A stretch of 64,000 bases of DNA, taken from assembly GCA_963693365.1 (NCBI GenBank), contig CAVNZM010000005.1:4657167-4721166 (forward strand), read 5' to 3'. Made by a program: the position numbers and the translations under genes. The notes under the pieces are model-generated. The model saw only the letters and a list, made by a program, of their open reading frames with translations, searched no databases and was not told the DNA's origin. Each line of letters begins with the position of its first letter. Within the stretch, counting starts at the first letter, position 1. This document shows positions 23,499 to 37,612 of the stretch, one piece after another. This DNA comes from Amoebidium appalachense (taxonomy: Eukaryota > Protista > Ichthyosporea).

Positions 23499-25881
23499 TT
23501 TCTTCCCTTTTAGTGCAACGTCGTAGAGAAAAAAATGTGAGGCAACTTACATGGCCTTATTTTTCCGAAACTCAGGATTATAGCATGTAGCTGGTCCTTG
23601 CTTAGTGTTAAAACTTAGCAACCATTGTGGAATACACATGTGCTTAGCTGTTATTACCGTAAGAAATAAATATAGAGCTTGCCATATTCACTCAGTCGGT
23701 TGGTTTGCCAGGATTATATCAGGTGTATAACTGACTCGCATCGGCCACATGCATTCAATGGCAGTGGCAGATAGTGTTCAGATTGATCTAGCAGCGCTGT
23801 ACGTAAAGATTAAAACGGTGGGAGTAGCTGACAGCTAATACCAGAAAGAATTTGCCAGGCTGTAGCTATAAAAGTTATGAGAATGTAAAGGGGCGCACAA
23901 TGCGTGTGGCCACTATTTGGACGGGCAAGAGAAAACTTCTGTATCGGATCCTCGAAGATGACTCACCACACAAGTTACAAACTACCAGGATGATTGTGTG
24001 GTATTACAGAATTCGAAACCAATAAGCTAGACAACACAAGCGTGTGGGTAACCGTGCGTGTTGGGTGCAACTTGCTTGACTTGTAAACTACAAGTGGATG
24101 ACTGTCAGTTGTAAGTTCGCATGCACATACCTCAAAACCACATCACGTTGCGCAGGCTTGTTCTGTTAGCTTGACCATGATGGGCGGATTGAGCTCGGCA
24201 ATTTCTATGAAATAAATTTAAACCCGCGATCGCAAAATCGAAAGTGAACGTTCGAACGGCATATGTACAGTAAGGGCATTGCATAGCAATTTAGAAATTT
24301 TAGATTTCGTGTCTGGAGACTCTAGAGTGACATGATTGGCTGACTGCATAGATCAATCATTTCGGGTGTCCTGCATAGGATGGTGCCGTGCCATCAAGCA
24401 AAATTGCAGATTTGCAATACATGCCTTCTACGTTTGTCAGGGGTATTTGCAGACGGGGGACGGTTAGTACTAATAGTGCAACACGAACAATGAAGCCACT
24501 GTGCTACACTCCGTATACATGATTTTTCAAATATATTAAACATATATATCAAAACTATTTAGCGCGCGCATATGGGACTTCGCGCTACGCACATTGGTCC
24601 GTGCAACAGTCGGCTCACTCGCAACTGATTGGACAAAATGCGATTCAATGACGAAAACTCAGGGGAGAACGGTTAAACCCCCAGAGAACGGTTCGATCCC
24701 CGAATGACGTAAAGGGGCCGTCAGGCCCCCGTAGCGGGGAGTTGGAGGGGGAGAGGGGAGGGCAGCCACCCCTCCATTTAATTAAGGCCCAGGCACACAT
24801 AGGGTTACGGTTATTGTGTTTGTGTTTTTAATTTGGTGATTAAAAATAATCAAATATTGTAGTTTTAGCGGCCCATGTGAGCGATCTTCTATGTAGGGGC
24901 CCACATAGGCTTCTTTCCCCGGATCGATCAAAACGTAATATAGGCTTAGATGAATCCGCCCAAGAATGAACCGCCAACGGAGCGCGTGTGACGTCACCAG
25001 TGCTGGTACGAGCAACGTACATATTACTGGGTTCCATAGATCACCATTACAAAAAAAAATTGACTCTGAGAGTCTGATGAGGCTTAGGCACAACAGCAAC
25101 CAAAACTGGTGCATTTATAATTATGCTTTTGGAGAGCAAGTGTAGAGTATGTGGCAGTGTGGGTCACATTTCTGCATGCATTGCTATGATAGATCTATAC
25201 GCCCATTCAAGCCCACAGTGCTTCACCAAATTTCATATGCCGCCCATTATATGGGGCCATGCGTTTTGATGTCAAAAATGTGCACAATTTCAATATCATT
25301 CGACGACGGTCACGGAGGTGCCACGCACGATTCCTATTGGCTTTTTACAGGGCTTTATATTACGGGCATTTCGTGAGACTCGTGAGTCGTGACTCACGCA
25401 GGGCACGACCATGAATTACTGATACTTAGTTAAGTGTTCAATGTCAGCCTTGCAGGGATGGACCATTTGTTATTTGGAGATTTGTACTAAGTTATGGTCA
25501 AGATGCTAGTACCTACTGGACGAACACGTTCAGAGAGAATGCATGGGGCTGTAAGGGGTTGAAGTTCTTTGAACTGATGTGGTATTGGTAAGCTGTTGGC
25601 TCACATTGATTGGACCCGCAATGGTGCCCGCTAGACCAATCAAATGTTGCCGCCAAACTATTTTACAAAGATCCAAAGATCCTGCGAAAGGCCGAATTCT
25701 TTCGATCTTCCCACACTGTGCCTCTCACTGTGCCAGTAGGCCTCTTCTTTTTTTGGGTTTTATTTCATTTACAGCAAAAAAAAAGTTATTGATATGAAAA
25801 TATCCTTGATGAGCTAAGATACAACAATATGAAGAAAACACAACGTCACATTGGCCCCGCCCCGCCACGAGTCAGAGCACT

Positions 25882-26467
25882 GGGCCGCTGCACGTCGGGG
25901 CTAGAATTTAGATAATGGGAATCTAGATAATTAGCGTTAAAATTTCTCCAGTCCGATCGATCGCATTAAATTTAATGCATTCCATCGGGGTCTAGATTCT
26001 GGATACCCCTCTTCCAGATGTCGAATCTGGAAGAGGGGGGAGGGGGGGTCTTCCAGATGTCTGGAGCCAATCTAGAAATTGAACTGATTTCCGATTGGTC
26101 GGCTGCATTTTGTCTAGACCAATCAATAACCTTATTGAAGATCATTGGTCCAAAAGGGGTTTTTTGCATACCTGTGCTATGCTGTAGTTTCTGTCTTCTG
26201 TTTTGTTATGAAGTTTTCAGCGATACGTATATATAAACCTTGCAAAAAATATTAATATGCATATTTATAAGCTTATAAAATATTTATCACAGTCTCAGTG
26301 TTAAGTTTTTACATTTATTTATTAAACAAAGCAAGAAACAATGTAGAGTTTCTAAATTATCTAAATCATACCTGTGCGAACCGGAACAATTTAGAACGTT
26401 CTAAAGACAATTTAGAACTTCCAGATTTGCCGCATTTCTAAATTCTAGCTCCCACGTGAAGCGGCCC
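25882..26467. mobile_element. MITE, PIF/Harbinger-like, 586 bp
   Basis: 31-bp TIRs GGGCCGCTGCACGTCGGGGCTAGAATTTAGA vs reverse complement GGGCCGCTTCACGTGGGAGCTAGAATTTAGA (3 mismatches). 3-bp direct repeat ACT on both sides. Many internal TCTAGA/TCTGGA subterminal motifs. Confidence 0.8.
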
Positions 26468-26490
26468 ACTGAAGTGCACGCACAGTACCG

Positions 26491-26578
26491 CCGCATGCGC
26501 ATCGTCCCGAGACCATTTTGCTCACATGTACCGCTGCATGTGCATCGTCCCAAGACCATTTTGCTCACATGTATCGAT
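26491..26578. repeat. Two-copy ~43-bp tandem duplication
   Basis: GCATCGTCCC(G/A)AGACCATTTTGCTCACATGTA occurs twice in tandem. Confidence 0.85.
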
Positions 26579-26611
26579 GCTGATACCGTATCTGGTTTAG
26601 AATCCCATAGT

Positions 26612-26838
26612 CAGGGTGTGAAATTAGTTTTTGGCTAGTGCCATTTTAGCAACTTTCCACCGGCCTGGATGGCCCTAACAGAGCCAACATCTGTTTCTAG
26701 GTGTATTTTCTTACATACTTGTCTCTGTTAGAGCCAATTTTTGAAAAATCGATGGACCTAACCTCGAAAAATTGGGGACAATTTTCAAAACTTTCAGGGG
26801 CAATTTTCTGGCCCTAAACCCCCTAATTTCACATCCTG
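26612..26838. mobile_element. MITE, hAT-like, 227 bp
   Basis: TIRs CAGGGTGTGAAATTAG / CTAATTTCACATCCTG (1 mismatch), with a perfect 8-bp TSD CCCATAGT at 26604-26611 and 26839-26846. Confidence 0.92.
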
Positions 26839-27157
26839 CCCATAGTACGGCATGAAAACCTTAGAAATATGAAACAACTAAGAAAAAAGTAGGAATATAT
26901 ATTTTTCATTCATGAAACCCGGCTTGTGGTTCAGATATGTAATATACTGACCGCAGCACAGCCCTACATACGGTGCTCTTGTGGCACGCGACGTCCCGTC
27001 GTAAAGTTTCAGGGGTTTCCGTGGAATCGATTATCCGACCCCCGAGATTAATAATTCCGTGCGTGACAGTCCATGAGTGACACGTGAACTGTCGACGTAC
27101 GCCACGCTCTTAGTTTTGCCATCGCTGCTGATTATTCCACTATCGAGCCTGCGGTCT

Positions 27158-27221
<64 letters not shown>

Positions 27222-27252
27222 TATATGCATCTCTATGCATGGCAAATGTCAC

Positions 27253-27307
<55 letters not shown>

Positions 27308-28089
27308 CTTGGGGTCGCAGGTTCCTGCATCCGGGCAAATTCAAGCAAGTATCGATATCCGGATAAATCGATTCCCTGGCCCCTACTCATTTGAGTATGT
27401 ACTTGGCCGTTCGACCCACCTAATAGTAATAGATGTGGTGGTCTAGATCTAGGCCTCGGCCCAACCCTGCAACCTACCGATCCTCTAGGGCTTGCACATG
27501 CATATGCGCGTCGTATAGCATTTATATGCATATGATATCGATACACCTAATAAAAAAGTAGGTATATGGGCTGCCGCAGTTGACAGGTCACTTCCAAACA
27601 AATCTATAAACTACTTTCCCAGGGAGGCTTACGCATTTTTTACATGAGGAAAAATCTATTTTTTAAGAACATTCAACTCGACATTCGAATTTTTGTCCCG
27701 CTCAGAGGTGAATAAGAATTGTTATCTAGAACAGTAACCAAGCCTCACGGAAACGACGCGGAGAGAGAGAGCGAGAGAGGGAGAGAGAGAGGGAGGGAGG
27801 GAGGGAGGGAGAGAGGGAGGGAGGGAGGGAGGGAGGGAGGGAAGTGGGGGAGAGAGTGAGATAGAGAGAAAGGGGGGGGGGGGGGGGGGGGGGGAGGTTT
27901 CAGGGAGGAAGAAACCAAATATTCTACTTCTTGGTCCTGGGGGCTTCAAGACCAAACACAGCACCCTTGTGAATCCTTTTTTTCCCAATACGAACCCCAG
28001 AGCCAACAAGCACAAAAAAACTAACGGAATAATAAAAGGGACACTCAGATTTTGTCACTAAGGCCGTGGTGATGGGGAAACCCTACAGG

Positions 28090-28368
28090 TCAAAAATGCA
28101 TCTGGCGTGCCTGCGAGGGCGTCTGCTCGGACGGGCAGTATGGACACTTGAACCTGTAAGTGCACGTATTAGCCTCTGTTTAGGAAAAATGAACCAAGAC
28201 AAACACTTACGCGGCAAAAGAGGCAAGATGCAAAAGATCGTGAGAAAAAGGAAAGCGAAGGAGAACAGATCCAAGAAGTGGCCCCAAAAGGGGGAGGGAA
28301 AAAAAAAAAAAAAAAAAAAAAAAAAGAATGGGCGGGAAGGCAGACGGGGGCGCCGTGCGGGGAGGAGG

Positions 28369-28410
<42 letters not shown>

Positions 28411-28633
28411 GGGGGGGGGGGGGGGGGGGGGGGGAGGTTGTGGATCTACGGATATAATATTAAGCCGAGAAAGAGGGGGGAAAGGTGGTGGGGAGGGGGG
28501 GTTGCTGTGAAAGACTTGCATCAAGGAAAACGGACGTGTAAGCCTTCACAACCAGCGCAAGCACGTGTTAATTGGGCATCAGGCAATGTGGCGGAAGCCA
28601 CTTCACTTGCCTGTATGAGAGGGAGGGAGGGAA

Positions 28634-28665
<32 letters not shown>

Positions 28666-29022
28666 AGTAGTGTGCCTGTGTGCGTACGTACGCGCCTCAG
28701 AAAGTGTCTGTGTTTGCTTCGACAATGTGTGTCATTAGTAGCATTTGTATGTGTGTATGTATGTAGCATGTTTGTTTGCACGTGAAAGTGTGTGCATATA
28801 TCAACATACTGCACGAAAATACGCCTTGTGTGGATATGTGTGGTTGTACGTACTTGTTCCCCTTTGATATCTTCTGCAGTGATGCCTTTGCAATGACGTG
28901 GCCACACGGTAGAAACATGGCCGGGTTTTCGTCCGTCGTCTGCTCACGTGACACGGGGCACGAAAAGATGCTGTGGTATTGGTGCTCCCGACCAATGTTG
29001 ATCTCCACCTGAAGGCAGGGAG

Positions 29023-29058
<36 letters not shown>

Positions 29059-30324
29059 GTGGGTGAGTGGGTGGGGTGTGGCGGGCGGGCGGACGGACGG
29101 TGGGGTGGGGGGGGGGGGGAGGTAGGGGCTTGTTTAATTGATGGTGGGAGTCGCCTTTTCTTCCTGTTTCCTGGGTAGGAGGGAAGGGGAAGGAAGGAGG
29201 GGGGGGGGGGGGGGGGGGGGGAGGGGGGGGGGGATGGTTTGTTTGATAGTGGGTATTTTTTCGTTTTTCGTTAAGGGTAGAGGGCGTAACGAAAGAGGGG
29301 ATGGGGGGGGGGGGGGGGGGGAGGGGGGGGGGAAGGATTGTTGTGTAACTGTTGGTGGACATATGGGTGATGGTTTGGGGTGGTTGGGGGATGGGTGGGT
29401 AAGTGGGTGGATGGCGGATGGTTGAGGGGGAGGGGGAGTGGGGGGGGGGGGGGGGGGGGGGGAGAGGGCTATGGCGTATATCTTGCCTTACAACTACCTA
29501 CATTATCACCTACAAAACGCCGTAGCCTAGAATCAAGGTTTCAGAATGCACAATACGAGTGTGATGTGGTTGTAATGTGTGTGTGTGTGTGTGTGTGTGC
29601 GTGTGCGTGTGCGTGTGTGTGCACGCACGTGTGCGCGTGTGTGTGTTTGTCTGGGTATATCGTGAATAATGTACTTGTGCGCATGTGGATAAACGTACGT
29701 GTCCCTGTGACGTGTGTCCGGGTGTGTGCTCGTGCACGTGTGTGCGTCCATGTCTGTACACGTATGTGGTCATGTCTGTACACGTATGTGGTCATGTCTG
29801 TACACGTATGTGGTCATGTCTGTACAAGTATGTGGGCATGTCTGTACACGTATGTGGTCATGTCTGTACACGTATGTGGGCATGCGTGTACATACGTGTG
29901 TGTGCACACCCATGCATCCCTATTCCCCACGTACCGGCAGTTCATCCTTCTGGCTCCACAACCCTTCCTTTTTGTTCTGCATGACGTTGGCCATTTTCAA
30001 CAGTGTGGGCAGTGCCTTCGTGCCCACCGTCACACTGTAACCACACATTCACTTAATTAAAATACTATTTCATACCTCCCCCCCCCCCCCCCCCCCCTCC
30101 CTTCCGCGGTCCTTCCCACAAACAATCAGTACACACAAAAAACAAAAAAAAAATTGAAGGAAAAAAATCACCCCCACACAAACATACATCCACATACATG
30201 AAAATCTACCCCCCCTCCCCCCCTCCCTCTCTCTCTCTTCCCCCCCTCCCCCCCCCCCCCCCCCAACCCAACCCGCTACCACCAACACCAACTACACACA
30301 TCGATCCACATACATAAGAATCTA

Positions 30325-30392
<68 letters not shown>

Positions 30393-30561
30393 CGACCCCC
30401 TCTCTCCCCGCAGAGGACCACTCCATCCCCCACGTGCCCCTTGCCACCCCCCTGCCAACCTCCAGACACACACGCACGCGCGCGCGCGCGCGCGCACATG
30501 CACACCCACCCACCCCCCCACCCACCCACACAACCCCTCACCACCCCCCATCTTCCCCCCT

Positions 30562-30596
<35 letters not shown>

Positions 30597-30795
30597 CACA
30601 CACACACACACATACCCTGCATGCAGTGCGCTTTCTGTGGGTAGGCCGAGTAGCTGACAGCATGTGCCGGTGAATGTGTGGGCCACGTCAGCCCAGTTGG
30701 TGGGCGCAAGCAGGCTGCTGTAGGGGGACACCTCCAGGCGACCAATGTAGGCAAACGTACCCATCAGGTGCTGGATTTCTGTACATGTGCATGTG

Positions 30796-30854
<59 letters not shown>

Positions 30855-31023
30855 CGTGTGTGCGCGCGCGCGAGACACGGGAGGGCTAGCATGTGCATGT
30901 ACGTGTGTGTGTGCAGGAGATGGGGTGGGTGTGTGCGAGTGCGTACGTACGTGAGCATTCGTCAGCTCTTCAGTTTTTGGGGGGGGGGGGGGGGGGGGGG
31001 GTTTAATTATGAGAGGCAGAGGT

Positions 31024-31059
<36 letters not shown>

Positions 31060-31601
31060 GTGGAGGGGAGCGGGGATATGTGCGGAACGGTAAGCAGAAC
31101 GGTTGGCATAGTGTGCGGCCGTGTGCGTGTGTGGGTCAAAGTCCGCATCCGTGTGCTAAAAATCTTGTGATCTTATTCTGGCAAGGAAAAAACCCACGGC
31201 TGTTTTGCTTCAATTGCTTTCCTGGGATTCCCCAGACTTTGTGCCAAAGAGAGAAGAAGGAGGGAAAAAACAAGGGGACATTTACGTTTCATGTGCTGGG
31301 AGGAGAACTTTGGAAAGTGAGTGCGGGCATAAGCCAGTGCCTGGTCTCTCTGTGAGTCGGCCACCAGGCGGGCAAAGTGCAGACGGTGCAGCTGGAACTC
31401 CAAATCACTGCCCATGGCACTGAGCTCACTGCTGTGCTGCACCACCCACCTGCATGTGTGTGTGTGCGTGTGTACGTGTGTGTGTGTGTACGTGTGTGTG
31501 TGTGTGCGTGTGTGTGTGTGTGTGTGTGCGTGTGTGTACGTGTGTGTGTACGCGTGTGTGTGTACGTGTGTGTGTGTGTATGTGTGTGTGCGTGAGTGTG
31601 T

Positions 31602-31684
<83 letters not shown>

Positions 31685-32523
31685 TGTGTGTGTATGTCGA
31701 CGCTCGTGCGTGTGTGTGTGTGTGTATGTGTGTGTGTGTGTGTGTGCATGTGTGTGTGTCAGCAATTAGGGATGGCCGTTGGTGCCCGTCGGCCAACTTT
31801 TTTCTAATACGGCAAAAGGTGGCAACATGTGGATGTATGTGTGTGTAATGTGGGAAATGCCTGTGTGTGACGTGGGTTGGTCTACAGTTGAAAAAAAGAC
31901 TGGGGGTGTTTAACGGCGTATTTCTGCAAGCGCAAGTGTATGCTTGCAAAGAAGGAGGTGAGGCGGGCACATTGCTCTCTGTGTGGTTTCAATGAAACGT
32001 GTCATGTGTTTGAAGTGTGCGCATGTCTGTTTGCCTGGGCTTAATCCTCCCCAGAAATCCAGGATTGTTCATTTCATCCAAACACATATCACTTTTTCCT
32101 AACTGGAAACAATTCATGCAATGGCACGTCTCCTACCCATATATGGAAGAACTTACGTAAGAGCCGGGCCCAGGTCGTGCTGCTTGATAGCCTCCAGTAT
32201 GACGTACATGTCTCGGAATGGTTCCTGCTGGTCAGAGTCCATCGCCACGTGCGCTTCCTACCACGTAGTATAAGTTTATATTTTAACAGATGCAGATGAT
32301 TGGTGCCCAGATGCTTGCTTGGGCTAGTCAGTCTGATTTTTTTCCTTGGATGTGCATCACGTCTCCCCCCCCCCCCCCCTTCCCCCCAATTTTTTTTTTT
32401 TTTTTTTTTTTTTGGGGAGGGGGGGGATTGGCGGGTTGGGTGAGTGTTAAGCGAGTTGAGGACTTTTCTTTTTTTAGAGAAGAAAGAAAGGGTGGGGTGG
32501 GGTGGGGGGGGGGGGGGGGGGGG

Positions 32524-32555
<32 letters not shown>

Positions 32556-34086
32556 GTGGTATGTACACGGCTACAGTTCACCATGTGCACACCTACACCA
32601 CCAGAACACAGAGCAAATGGTAGGGTGGTGGGCTCTCAGTTCTTTCATTTGTAGGTGTACGTGCTCATGGTCTTACACGCATTCACATGGACAGGGAGGG
32701 GGGAGGGAGGAAGGGAGCAGGGAGAGAGGGAGAGAAGGAGGGGGGAGGGGGGGAGGAATGGAGCGAGAGGAGGAGGAAGTGAGAGAGGGAGAAGGGCGGG
32801 TGGGGAGGGGGGGGGGGGGGGAGGGAGGGAGAAAGGGAGGGATGGAGGGGAAGAGAAAACGAGGGAGAGTGTGTGTCCAAGTGAGTGAAGGGATATGAGT
32901 GTGTACGTGTCTGTATCTTTGCATGGGTGCTGGCTGGCATGTGGGCATGTGCAGGTACGCGCGCTTATGGGTGTGGGTGGAAGAATGCGCGGGGATCAAC
33001 CTGTTGTGCGCGTGAGGGTGTGCATGTGCATGTGCAGGTATGTGCGTGTGTCTGTGGATATGTTTGCATGTGAATGTGTCCGTGAGCATGTGAATGTGTG
33101 CATGCACATGTGTGCATGTGCCTGTGCACATGTGTGTGCTCCTGAGTGTGCATCAGTGCATAGCATACACACACACCTTGACAAAGACCTCTCCGATAGC
33201 AAACCTGCCCTGCCTAAACAGGTGTTGTGCCACCGTCTGGTTCAGTAGGTCCTCCTTGCCGGCAAAAGCATCAGGGTTGCTCACTCTCTCGATGTTGGTC
33301 TGAAACAGCTGTGTGCACAAACAGAGATTACATAAAAGTGTGCACAACATGGATTCGGTTCATGTGTGCACAAACATAGATCTGGTTCCATAAACGCGTG
33401 CAGCACATAGATTCCATAAATGTGCGCACATGCCCCACCATACATTCGGTAAGTGTCTGTACATCGAAGATTCAATACATATCTGCACAAAATAGACTCG
33501 ATAATTGTGCTTCTCCCGTTCACCCCTCACCAAACCTTTACACCTAACCACCTCCCTCAATTACCCCTCATTTTCCCTCGAACCAACCCAACACCTCCGA
33601 AGAAACCTCTTTCAATTCCAACTTTTCGAAGCCACGGTGGTGCCCAGAGAAAGGGGAAAGGGAAGGGGGAAAGGGGGAAGGGGAAAGGGGGGAAGGGGGG
33701 GGGGGGGGGGGGGGGGGGGGGACAAACCTTGTCTATTGTTTTGCCAAGTTTTGATATACTGGCATAGCCCTCCTTGTGGTTTGCTGCATGGGCACAGTGA
33801 TAAGTGTCGGTCTATACATGCTACATGGGGTGGTGGGGATATTAAAAACAGCAGGTGGTGTGGATGGCAGGTGGAAGAAGGGCACTAGATGGTGTGGAAG
33901 GGCAATAGTTAGAGGTGGGAGGTTGGTTGTTCAGGAAATGAATGAACTGAGTGCGTGTTCTTTGCTCGGCAGGGGGGGAAGGGGGGGGGGGGGGGTTGAA
34001 GGGCGGGGGTTCTAATATCGTATTGCCCACGTATACCAATGGGCAGGCGCGCGCGCGCGTGCGCGTGCGCGCGCACACCACACACA

Positions 34087-34158
<72 letters not shown>

Positions 34159-34211
34159 CACACACACGCATGCATCCACGCACACACACACACACGTGAC
34201 ACACACACACA

Positions 34212-34242
<31 letters not shown>

Positions 34243-35014
34243 CACCACACACACCCAGAACCCACACACATATCCATACATTCATGCTTAGTGTGTGGGG
34301 GGAGGGAGGCGGAGGAAAGGGCGGAGGGGGGAGGGGGGGAGGGGGGAGGGGGGGGGGGGAGGGAGGGTGGAGCAGGGCCATTACCAGGCAGCTGTGTGAG
34401 TGTGGGCTTGACCCTCTTCTGCAGTAGTGTGAGCTCAGCCTGAAGCATCCGATTGGGCTTAGGCCCCTCCCCCGTCCACATCCATGGGTGATGATTGACT
34501 GGCTCCTGGTAACAAACAACCAATCAGACATGTGGGCTTGCATAAAACTGTGCGTACATCTGGTCGTTCTTTGACGTACTGGGAGAAAGAAAATCACTCG
34601 TTCACAAGTTGTGACACCAATAACAGCGGAGAACCCACGCCTACACACACTCTCTGTGTGAGTCTCTCTCTCTCTGTCTCTCCCCCTCCTCCCCCCCCCC
34701 CCCCCCCTCCCCCCGTCCATCTGCCCTCCCCCCAAACTCCCCCCCCCCCCCCTCCTCCCCCCTCCCCTCCCCCCCCCCCCCCTTACCCCCCCCCTCACCC
34801 CCCCAAAAAAAGAAAGAAAAAAGAAGAAGAAAAAGAGAAAAGAAAAGAAAAAAAAGAAGAAAACGACAGGAAAAGACCCACCATCCTGCTTGAGCCTCTC
34901 AGATGCCTCCTGCAGGGTGCGTATGGCCTTGTCTAGGTCAGCCAGTGTCTTGGTCTTGCACGTGCGGATACGCTTGGCCACACGCTCCTGCTCGTCAAGC
35001 GTGCCGTTCATCAT
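28090..35014 (-). CDS. RMND5: RMND5/Gid2 RING E3 subunit of the CTLH/GID complex; exons 35014-34882, 34505(or 34498)-34385, 33783-33728, 33308-33177, 32257-32157, 31449-31286, 30778-30616, 30034-29935, 29008-28854, 28153-28090
   Basis: Motifs SKLGKTIDK, LisH ([19 protein letters not shown]), CTLH ([10 protein letters not shown]), CRA (IQHLMG...SPYSSLL), W..KDELPVEI and degenerate [32 protein letters not shown]...FKCPYCP. Exon 2 has an acceptor/frame ambiguity. A probable 5' UTR exon ends at 36732. Confidence 0.93.
29749..29890. repeat. 22-bp minisatellite (CATGTCTGTACACGTATGTGGT) about 6 copies in an RMND5 intron
   Basis: Direct tandem repetition is visible in the sequence. Confidence 0.9.
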
Positions 35015-35022
35015 TTTCCTGT

Positions 35023-35053
<31 letters not shown>

Positions 35054-35225
35054 GGGGGGGGGGAGGTATGTGTGTGTGTGTGTGTATGTGTGTGTGTTTG
35101 GGGGGGGGGGGGGGGGGGGGGGGGGGGAGGGGGGCGTGGGTGTGGGTTTGGGTGTGAGTGTGTGGGTGTGTGGGTGTGTGTAATGTGTATTTTTGGAGGT
35201 GGGGGGGGAGAGGCGGGGAGGGGGG

Positions 35226-35392
<167 letters not shown>

Positions 35393-36268
35393 AGCGTGCC
35401 TGCCTGCATGCATGCATGCAATGCGAAATTGTGTGTGCCTAAATTAAACAAGAGGTTGTGTCCGCTCGAGACGTGCTCCCTTGGGACCAGAAAAAAGTTG
35501 ACGCAGGAGAAGTCACCATTTTCAACATTTTTGTTAGTCAAATTATCCCAGAGCATAGGTCAAGAATCTTGCAGGCATCGTGCGGCTAACAGATAGACTC
35601 TCGGCTATACCTCGCCCTCTAACGCCATGCAATCCCCCCACCCCCCACCCCCCCCCCCCCCCCTCCCCTTCCCCCTTTTAACTGTCCACCTCATCCCTCT
35701 TCAGCAGTCGATCATTCCCCCAGTCCCCCTCCCTCTCCCCCCCAAAAAAAGAACAGAAAAATACACACGCACAACCACACACCCACACACACATACCCAC
35801 ACACCTACACCCCCCCCCCCCCCCCCCCCCCCACACACACACACATGCACACGCACGCACGCCCGCCACGCACGCACGCACACACGCACGCACACACACA
35901 CACGCACGCACGCACGCACACACGGACACACACACACGCACACAACCATACACACAAAGAAAATAAAGGGAGGCCCAGTTCTCCTCAATCTGCCCTTTCT
36001 ACTTCCTTGTGTATGAGCAACCAACCTTTCGCCAATCCTCCCATCTTTCACACCAGAAGCTCAACTCAACTCCCCCCTCCTATCCCCCCCCCTCCTCGTC
36101 CCCTCCCCTCAATCCCTTCCCACCTTCTAAACCAGGATGTGCACATCCTTTTTCTTTTCCTGAGATCTAACACATAGCTATTTTTTTTAACTTTCCACGA
36201 TTTACACCATACCCGTCCTTCCCCTCCACACCCCCTCCCCTCCCCCAGCCCCCTCCCCCCCCCCCCTC

Positions 36269-36299
<31 letters not shown>

Positions 36300-36731
36300 A
36301 AAAAAACTCCCTCTCTCTCTTCCCCCCCCCCCCCCCCCTTTCTCTCTCTCTCTCTCCCCCCCCCCCCCCCCCCCTAACCCCCCCCTTCCCCATCCCCCGT
36401 CCCAACAGACACATGCACCACTCATCACTCCAACAGTCCCCCCCCCCCCCCCAAAAAAAAAGGGGGGGGGGGGGGGGGGGGGAGGGGGAGGGGGGAGGGG
36501 GGGGGGGGAGGTGCACACATTCGTGCACAGACACACAAAAGGAGAAAACATATAAAAAAAAGAAACAACGATAACACCACCGGTTCCTTCCTCTCTCCCA
36601 CACACTCGATCCACAGCTGCTAAATCACAGAGCCGATAAGGATAGTTCATAAGAACATTATCTTGAGTGTTTAAGGATAGCGCCAAGAAAGCACGCACAA
36701 GGCAAGGCAAAAACAGACAGTCAAGGCTTAC

Positions 36732-37612
36732 CTGGCTAAAATAAAGTAGGACCCACTAGGGGCAGTCACAGTGCTCGCGGCTTTTTTCGTTTTTGCGACC
36801 TTTCAAGGGTCAGCAGAGCAAGAGAGGTATACAAAGAAAATAACGTTTTCGCGCTGTGGAAAATGCTTAATTTTTGGAACTTAGGTAAGTAATTAAGAGC
36901 TAGTCCTGTGAGTCAATCTTAAGAGCCGGTCAGCACTTTGGGGGACTATTTAACAGTAAAGGTACAATCTAGAAGCCTTTACCAAAATCTAAAGCCCTCT
37001 AAGTGAACTCCTTACTTCACCCGTTGTAAACGGGAGTTCGTCACCGCAAAATTATTGTTCTCCCAATTAGTTTCCACAACTTGAGCCTAGCTTTGTGTGA
37101 GCCCCGGTTCTTTTGTGACCAATACGATCACTCTATGGATAAGCTTTTCTTGCCGCCAGAAACAGGAGTTTCTGTGTGTTTTGATATGTACGTAGCACGA
37201 TATTTAACCAATAATTAAGCACTACATTTTAGCAGCCGTATTACCCGGGGCCAACCTAGTCGATGACAGGAAGTACTACACAGCAAAAGCATAGTTCACT
37301 AAACGTGCAAACAAGGAAAAAATATGGTTATATTAGAGATATTCTTCGTGCATACATTATCACCCTTTCCTTTCTCTCCCTTTTTTTTCACATCAAGCTG
37401 TGGGCACCTTGCATACAGGACGCGGGCCCGGGCCTCACAGTGACGTGCGCAATCATTGCAGGTCTGATGACGTCACAGTCTCACGGTGGCACACGCGGCG
37501 GGCCGCCCGAGTAAACCTTTCCTTAGCACAGACAGAAAACCTGGCTTTGTTGAAACGTCTAGAGCTACATCTCTTTGTTCATCTCCTGGTAGAGAAGGAT
37601 AGCATAAGAAAA
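36732..37612. promoter_or_regulatory. Probable bidirectional promoter region between RMND5 (5' UTR exon) and MRPS21
   Basis: Head-to-head genes. A minus-strand donor CAG|GTAAG lies at 36731. The region is free of SSRs and has CCAAT motifs and a TGACGTCA palindrome at 37468-37475 (another lies upstream of NAGLU at 20924-20931). Confidence 0.5.

Noticed and set aside
24661-24705. tRNA gene suggested by GGTTCGATCCCC
   Set aside because: No acceptor stem, D arm or anticodon arm can be folded.
24782-24810. Possible TIR start TTAA-GGCCCAGGCACACATAGG
   Set aside because: No matching inverted partner was found nearby.
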